Shown here one piece after another: positions 7,901-35,545 of a DNA stretch of 35,545 bases. The stretch spans positions 1-35,545 of the forward strand of contig DATLWH010000717.1 in the NCBI GenBank assembly GCA_035576505.1. The letters run 5' to 3'. Origin of the DNA: Thermoanaerobaculia bacterium (GTDB lineage Bacteria; Acidobacteriota; Thermoanaerobaculia; Gp7-AA8). Within the stretch, counting starts at the first letter, position 1. Each line of letters opens with the position of its first letter. A program made the translations under genes and the position numbers. The notes under the pieces were generated by a model that saw nothing but the letters and a program-made list of their open reading frames with translations, was not told the DNA's origin and searched no databases.

Positions 7901-10026
7901 TCTTTGGACGCCCCCTTTTGAACGACGATCGGAGTGACCCATAGGATATTCCTGATCTTTTTTACTTTTCGGTTCGCGGCGATCTCCCCGGCCTTCCGTG
8001 CCAGCTCGAGATAGGCGACGCCGGGCAGGGTGGCCACGTCCGACACGTGGTGGTCGTAGATGAAGAAGTCACGCTCGTGAAATGTCTTCTTGAATAGCTG
8101 TCGTTCGAACGTCGATTCATTGCTGTCGACCATGGGGTGCACGCCTCCCGCCGGTTGAAACGCCCGGCGTACCGGCGATGGGGTGGAGACCCAGTGTCGC
8201 CTGTCGGCGAAGGGGTAGGTCGGGAGGGAGATTCTCTTCCCCGCGCCGTAGGACTGAAATCCCTTCCAGTCCGCGACCAGGCCCTCGGCCCACACCCCGG
8301 CGATCATGTGAGGGTTCTGGCCCTGCCACACCAGCCGTATGAATTCCTGCTTCTCCCGCCGGGCCAGTAATCGCGTCGCCTCTTCGCCGCCCTTCGCCTG
8401 ACCGGTGGCTATGTCCTGCTCTTTCTTTCCGTCGATGAAGGAGGTCAGCTTTTCGATCACTTCTTCTTTCGTCACGGCAATGATCGCCGCGCGGTGTTCG
8501 AAGGACTTCCGTCCCTGCTGCAGGGTGAAGGCAGCGTCATTCAGAGCGACGTCGTTCTTCTGGAAGAATTTCAAGAGGCGAGACGCGACCTCCCGCAACG
8601 AATCCTCGTTCCTGGCAGAGAAAGGGAAAATCAGCGACCGCGATTGCGCAGGTTCTTCGAGCGCTTGTGGTGGTGGCTCATAGTCTTCCAGGATGATGTG
8701 TGCATTGGAACCGCCCGCGCCGAAAGAACTGACTCCCGCGCGAAGCGGAAGCCGAACCCCGTCCACTTCCTTGGCTTTCCAGTCTTCCAACCTCTGGGGA
8801 ACGTAGAAGGGCGATGTTTCGAAATCGATGAATTCATTCAGTTCGGTGGAGTGCAAGGAAGGTACGAGCTGGCGATGCTTCATCTGCAGAAGCACCTTGG
8901 AAATACCGACGACTCCTGCCGCCGCTTCCAGGTGGCCTATATTGCTCTTGACGGAACCGATGGCGCAGGTTTGACTCTCCACGTTGTCCGCGCTGAAGGC
9001 GCTGCTCAACCCCGCGATCTCAATCGGGTCGCCCAGTGCGGTGCCCGTACCGTGCGCCTCGATGTACCCGATGCCGCGGGCTCCGATATTGGCTCTTTCC
9101 AACGCCGCGGCAATCAGGCTGGCTTGCGCTTTCGGATTGGGGATCGTGTATCCGCCGGTCCGCCCACCGTGGTTGACGGCGGCGCTTTTGACCACCCCGT
9201 AGATGTGGTCGCCATCCTGTAAAGCCGCATCGAAAGGCTTGAGAAGGAGCGCACCAACGCCCTCTCCCATCACATACCCGTTGGCACCCTTTCCGAAGGT
9301 GCGGCAGACACCGTCAGCCGAAAGCGCACCGCCCTGACGATTGATGTCAAATTTCGCCTGATGCAGGTCCAGATTGACGCCGCCAACGAGAGCGGCCGAG
9401 CATTCGCCGGCCTGGATCGCCTCACAGGCGAGATAAAGCGCGGTCAAACTGGAAGAGCAAGCCGTATCCAGCGTCAAGCTGGGGCCGGAGAGATTCAATG
9501 CATAGGAAACGCGGTTGGCGATGCTCCAGAGGAAAGAATTGGGAACGGTCTGATTGCCGAGGTGCTTCTCCTCCACGCCGAGCATCTGGTACATCGCCCA
9601 TACCGCGCCGACGAACACGCCGATGTCTCGCGGCCCGTCTTCCTGTGACAGGATCTCGGGGTAGTAGCCCGCGTCCTCGATCGCTTCCCACGCCACCTCG
9701 AGGAAGAGCCTTTCCTGGGGATCCAGCATTTCTGCCTCTCGGGGAGAAATGTTGAAGAACAGAGAGTCGAACTTGTCGACATCGTCGATGAATCCACCGC
9801 GGTACTTCTCGAGACTTTCGTGCTGCAGACGCCGTTCGTAACGGTCCGCGGGCATCTCCTCGATACAGTCCAGGCCGCGGGCCAGGTTGTCCCACAGTTC
9901 TCCCGGATTCTTCGCTTTGGGATAACGACCAGCCATGCCTACGATGGCCACATCCAGCGGCCGGCGAGGCTTTATGATCTGGGTGTCCAACGTACGAGTA
10001 AGAGGTTCGTCTTCTTGATCAAACAT
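1963..10026 (-). CDS. trans-AT polyketide synthase, two modules: KS-DH-KR-ACP and KS-DH*-ACP, plus C-terminal tail
   Basis: 2,687-aa ORF with ATG at 10024..10026. KS Cys codons are at 9457..9459 and 4762..4764 (DTACSSS), each with HGTGT and SN[IM]GH. There is one KR (ITGGGGGLG, HAAGVLRDS, CDYSFANHY). ACP Ser codons are at 5614..5616 (LGYDSIG) and 2341..2343 (LGLPSLA). There are no AT, MT, ER or TE motifs. Confidence 0.96.
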   Translation of the reverse strand: MFDQEDEPLTRTLDTQIIKPRRPLDVAIVGMAGRYPKAKNPGELWDNLARGLDCIEEMPADRYERRLQHESLEKYRGGFIDDVDKFDSLFFNISPREAEMLDPQERLFLEVAWEAIEDAGYYPEILSQEDGPRDIGVFVGAVWAMYQMLGVEEKHLGNQTVPNSFLWSIANRVSYALNLSGPSLTLDTACSSSLTALYLACEAIQAGECSAALVGGVNLDLHQAKFDINRQGGALSADGVCRTFGKGANGYVMGEGVGALLLKPFDAALQDGDHIYGVVKSAAVNHGGRTGGYTIPNPKAQASLIAAALERANIGARGIGYIEAHGTGTALGDPIEIAGLSSAFSADNVESQTCAIGSVKSNIGHLEAAAGVVGISKVLLQMKHRQLVPSLHSTELNEFIDFETSPFYVPQRLEDWKAKEVDGVRLPLRAGVSSFGAGGSNAHIILEDYEPPPQALEEPAQSRSLIFPFSARNEDSLREVASRLLKFFQKNDVALNDAAFTLQQGRKSFEHRAAIIAVTKEEVIEKLTSFIDGKKEQDIATGQAKGGEEATRLLARREKQEFIRLVWQGQNPHMIAGVWAEGLVADWKGFQSYGAGKRISLPTYPFADRRHWVSTPSPVRRAFQPAGGVHPMVDSNESTFERQLFKKTFHERDFFIYDHHVSDVATLPGVAYLELARKAGEIAANRKVKKIRNILWVTPIVVQKGASKEVFIELKPSGDTVQFEVFSEGPAGNKVLHSQGKLLYATAQDAAAEPESIDLEGVRARCAKVIDGKTAYPLFKSFGLNLGPSFQVLQDVYGNEVETLGALKLPVFRQGDLQSMVLHPSLVDGSLQAGMAAHLGGQAGEMLVPFSIGEVEILQPLQSNCFSYVTQAKEDDARRGKGSAVVKSNAFIVDDTGKILVKIRDSVGVPLREVHKKTLANAAAEGVSRLYYSYGWEKAPLAAETAPHIGPYSLVLFDTDETLFDLARARASEAGADADHVILVRPGATFEDEGGQSYTVNPRSKDDFTRLFESLTEKGCPVENICFAWPAIHTNFGDEHDLTESLERGVYSFLFVCQALIKQKRENAVQLFYLYTGKQGEVQPHNEAVGGFVNTLRLEHPRLLCKTLEIRQDGNGHEPILDAISAELNARTQDATVVRYEAGERFIRKLKAFDLEEGPAAPLKGKGIREESVILITGGGGGLGLMFAEFLAREHKARVVLTGRSALSAEQEARLDELRKGGTEVLYVPADVSNVDDVRNLVKETKSRFGQINGVIHAAGVLRDSLIRNKTPEEMSAVFAPKVFGTVYLDELTKDEDLDFFVTFSSLAAVQGNGGQCDYSFANHYMDSLAAERERRRTEGTRRGQTLSFNWSIWADGGMKLDDQTRLFFKNTLGISPLSAATGFDAFERGVASGRSQFAVLEGVQEKVELAWGLRKKQASPAMSATTASGGDGDLLTPLLNDLSQIVMSHLKLEAGDVAHDKILLDLGYDSIGLTSFANAINDKYQLDITPVLFFDYPSLGEIARYLSEERRDEILRFYRGSAAAATVATQPPASEQQARIEDAKGHEAATFAIRKGWDPAAIDGAAMLRTSGEGLSPRYRFLNEPIAIVGMSGVMPLSEDLDEFWDNLKNARDLISVVPPDRWRWEDCHGDPLTESNKSSSKWGGFMKEVDKFDALFFGISAREAQMMDPQQRIFLQTVWQAIEDSGQKVSDLSGTRTGLFVGVATNDYLNVMTHLPMAMDLHAGPGNSHSILANRVSFLLNLHGPSAPIDTACSSSLIALHRAVESIRGGDCDMAIVGGVHAMMSPGGHIQFSMAGLMSSDGKCRSFDKRGTGYSRGEGCGAIFIKPLSVAEADGNHIYAVIKATAENHGGRGAMLTAPNASAQSALLVEAYEKAQIDPATVGYIECHGTGTGLGDSIEFQGMSRAFSELYKRHGKPPAADPHCGLSCVKSNMGHLETAAGIASVLKVLLAMKHKQIPATLHFEEINPYIKLNGTPFYVVDKLTEWEAPMGEDGAPLPRRAGVSAFGFGGANAHIVLEEYVPPKRQSLPRAEAPELIVLSAKNDARLEAYIQSIHTYLEKGEVELADLAYTLQVGRDEMPERLALVASSNEDLKEKLGQLLKRERPADSYRNDMRDRKAPPASADGIAAEDLSRLAEMWVAGAKIDWRLLHTADAPRRISAPTYPFAKERHWIPDTAGPITAESRDFNGSRETTPMWNRASVAQLHPLLHTNTSTLSQQSYRATLTGAEPFLRDHQLATNGHILQKVLPGAAYLEMARAALEAAASIPQGSSVVELEDTIWGHPMVVAGNQEATIALLATDSEQIHYEIYSGESEQEIVHCQGRAFLSKQPPPAPVDIDELRAQMRHGQQDPDSMYAEFTAMGLHYGPAHRSIKTVDHGDHQLLAQLALPAVVSAAESDGSHGGYVLHPSVMTGALQTGIRLIADPAQRHGTPPLPHRLRHLRVLLPCTEDMYAWARYAQGVDHEGRPLELDIDLIDTDGHVRVQMRGLSFQAANGAIEPDDGATWLFSTQQPSAGEEVVFMGAAEKMELFMKQEAALQMQIPIENIPIDQNYFNLGLPSLAIAFLVQKTNRLLGEDISPSVLFEYSDIRSAASYLATTYTAKIDALSVVRRNVGQADSGERQPSEQVTLRRWPRKQRLTGRLAPPPLEQPAAATSRTDKSPEQLAAKVLWNETAPEDSYDTMTF
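2221..2454 (-). other. ACP8, atypical (GLPS instead of G.DS)
   Basis: IDQNYFNLGLPSLAIAFLVQKTNRLLGEDISPSVLFEYSDIRSAASYL. The Pro codon is at 2344..2346 and the Ser codon at 2341..2343. Spacing and helix pattern are otherwise those of the other ACPs. Confidence 0.75.
2545..3411 (-). other. DH8*, DH-like domain with His kept but Asp replaced by Thr, in a module without KR
   Basis: LHPLLHTNTSTL...PFLRDHQLATNGHILQKVLPGAAYLEM (His 3316..3318); GLHYGP; YVLHPSVMTGALQ (Thr codon 2782..2784 where DH3/4/6/7 have Asp). Confidence 0.85.
3961..5274 (-). other. KS8
   Basis: PIAIVGMSGVMP; IDTACSSS (Cys 4762..4764); IECHGTGT; SNMGHLE; FGFGGANAHIVLEEY. Confidence 0.95.
5503..5727 (-). other. ACP7
   Basis: LLDLGYDSIGLTSF, Ser codon 5614..5616. 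Confidence 0.9.
5818..7224 (-). other. KR7, B-type signature
   Basis: VILITGGGGGLG; HAAGVLRDS; GQCDYSFANHY. Confidence 0.9.
7291..8145 (-). other. DH7
   Basis: VHPMVDSNESTF...FFIYDHHVSDVATLPGVAYLEL; GLNLGPSF; VLHPSLVDGSLQ. Confidence 0.88.
8683..9954 (-). other. KS7
   Basis: DVAIVGMAGRYP; LDTACSSS (Cys 9457..9459); IEAHGTGT; SNIGHLE; FGAGGSNAHIILEDY. Confidence 0.95.
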
Positions 10027-10154
10027 TTCGGCAGCCTGACTCGCAGAGCCAAATTCGTTTCGTTACGTTTATCAGCTAACAGACCAGCGGGCCGCCCACA
10101 CGAACAGGCCGACCATCGCATTAGCGATTACGGTTCTGACGGATGCTTTCCACG

Positions 10155-10191
10155 CCGGTCAAACGTGCGGCGCCGCCGCAGCCCGGTCAAA
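10155..10191. promoter_or_regulatory. Direct 9-nt repeat flanking a 15-nt palindrome in the HMGS-PKS intergenic region (possible operator or internal promoter element)
   Basis: The plus strand reads ccggtcaaa-cg-tgcggcgccgccgca-gc-ccggtcaaa. On the transcribed strand each repeat reads TTTGACCGG, which contains a -35-like TTGACC. No convincing -10 element was found. Confidence 0.25.
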
Positions 10192-10212
10192 TCTAACGTG
10201 TTTACGACGCGT

Positions 10213-11468
10213 CTAAGCGATCCGATCATACTGTCGTTGAAATTCCTTGATCTCCGTCAAAAACAGCGTTCCATTCCCTGGCGCGCTTCGCGCCTTGGGA
10301 AGGAAATTCGTATCCAGCACGGCGTTGCGCGTGCCAAATTTCACGGCACTGCTGCCAACGAGCAATTTTTCGTATTCGTCCATGGGCAGCTCGTAGCGCT
10401 TGTCGAGGTGATCTTTGATGCGCATCGCGCGCACTCGCTCCTGGCCTTCCTTGGTGACCACGCCGCTGAAGAACTCGGAGCAGCAGCCGGAGCCGTACGA
10501 GAAGACACCGATCCTCTGGGGAGTTGTGAAGTCACCGTGCTCGATCGTGCTGGCCAGCGACAGCGTGGTCGTCGCCCCCATGATGTTGCCAACGCGCTGG
10601 CAGTACGTCAGCCCCGGCATTACCCGGCGTGCGAAATCGGCTTCGATCTCTTTCGGAGTGGCCTTGACCACTTTGCGCATCAGATCGCGGTGTGCCCCCC
10701 TCACCATGCCCCCGAAAGGAGTGTGCATGGCCAGGTAGCCGAAGGTGCTGGTGAGGTCCGCACCCTCCACCCGCTTGGCATACTCCCGGAACGCTCCTTC
10801 GTAGCAGTCGAGATAGGAGAGCAGGGACAGGTCGGCGTCACCCGCTTCGCTATCGGCAACCGGCCGACACGTGTCCATCACCTCATAACCGTAATACCCG
10901 CTAGCGCCGACGTCGATCTGAAACACATGCGGTGTTTCGCTGACGATAATCGCCACCGCGCCGGCTCCGCCGCTCGGCTCGGCAAAGGACCAGTCTTCCG
11001 TCAGCGCGTCGCCGCCCTCCACGGTCATAAAGCGGGAGATGTCCGTGGCGATGACCAGCGCCTTGGCGCCGGGCGAGGTCTGCGACAACACGAAATTAAC
11101 CGCGATCTGCAGGCCGGCCACGCCGGAATAGCAGGCGTTTTTCACCTCGAACAGGCGGCAATTCCGATTCAAGCCCAGGAGCTTGTGAAAATAGGTGCTC
11201 ATCGACTTGCCGAAATCAAATGACGATTCCGTGCAGCTGATGACCATCTGGATGCTGTCTTTTTCCTCAGGACTCAGCGCGTCGATCAGCGGCCGGGCGG
11301 CGTTCACGCCGAATGAGACCGGGTCCTCGTAAGGCAATGCCACCGTCTTTTCCTTCATCAGGAGGTTGGTAAAGCGCGTCATGTCGAGGTTGCGGTGCGT
11401 GGCGAGCTTTTCCACATCAAGGTAGGCGCTGCCGCCGAATACATTCAGAGCCTCAATGCCCACTGTGG

Positions 11469-11472
<4 letters not shown>
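10213..11472 (-). CDS. HMG-CoA synthase homologue (HMGS/HCS) for polyketide beta-branching, PksG/CurD/MupH/TaC-like
   Basis: 419-aa ORF. It carries the HMGS catalytic triad contexts: Glu in VISCTESSFDFGKS, Cys in FEVKNACYSGVAG, His in YLAMHTPFGGM. The length is typical of PKS-associated HMGS. The ATG (11470..11472) overlaps the upstream PKS TGA (11469..11471). Confidence 0.95.

Positions 11473-35545
<24,073 letters not shown>

Noticed and set aside
10166-10180. Rho-independent terminator after the HMGS gene.
   Set aside because: The palindrome tgcggcg-c-cgccgca has a 1-nt centre, so no proper loop can form without sacrificing the stem. It is not followed by a U-run on the transcribed strand, so a terminator call is not supported.

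Overview
GC-rich window, almost entirely coding on the minus strand. It reads as one biosynthetic operon: a hybrid trans-AT polyketide synthase / NRPS assembly line with an HMG-CoA-synthase-type beta-branching gene. In transcription order (right to left) there are four genes. (1) A giant PKS ORF, open at the right edge, with 8,024 sense codons visible and its stop at 11469. Visible domains: KS(C-terminal part)-degenerate DH-crotonase-crotonase-crotonase(ECH2-like)-ACP | KS-DH-KR-ACP | KS-DH-KR-ACP | KS-DH-KR-ACP | KS-KR-ACP | KS-DH, with no terminal ACP. (2) A free-standing HMGS homologue (10213..11472) whose ATG overlaps the PKS stop (ATGA). (3) A 2,687-aa PKS (1963..10026): KS-DH-KR-ACP | KS-DH*(Asp->Thr)-ACP(GLPS) plus a long C-terminal tail. 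(4) An NRPS ORF (1949..<1): docking domain-C-A(start). It is absent from the supplied ORF track because it has no stop inside the window. No KS is followed by an AT domain. Each KS is followed only by a short flanking region ending in [LVA]P.YPF[AR]..[RH][YCH]W[IV], so the system is trans-AT; the AT itself is not in the window. The only non-coding stretches are 10027..10212 and 1950..1962. All long plus-strand ORFs in the track are antisense shadow ORFs. Domain boundaries were placed by counting codons from motifs that I checked against the nucleotide sequence; treat them as approximate (+/- about 30 nt). No database search was possible, so the novelty statements are hypotheses.
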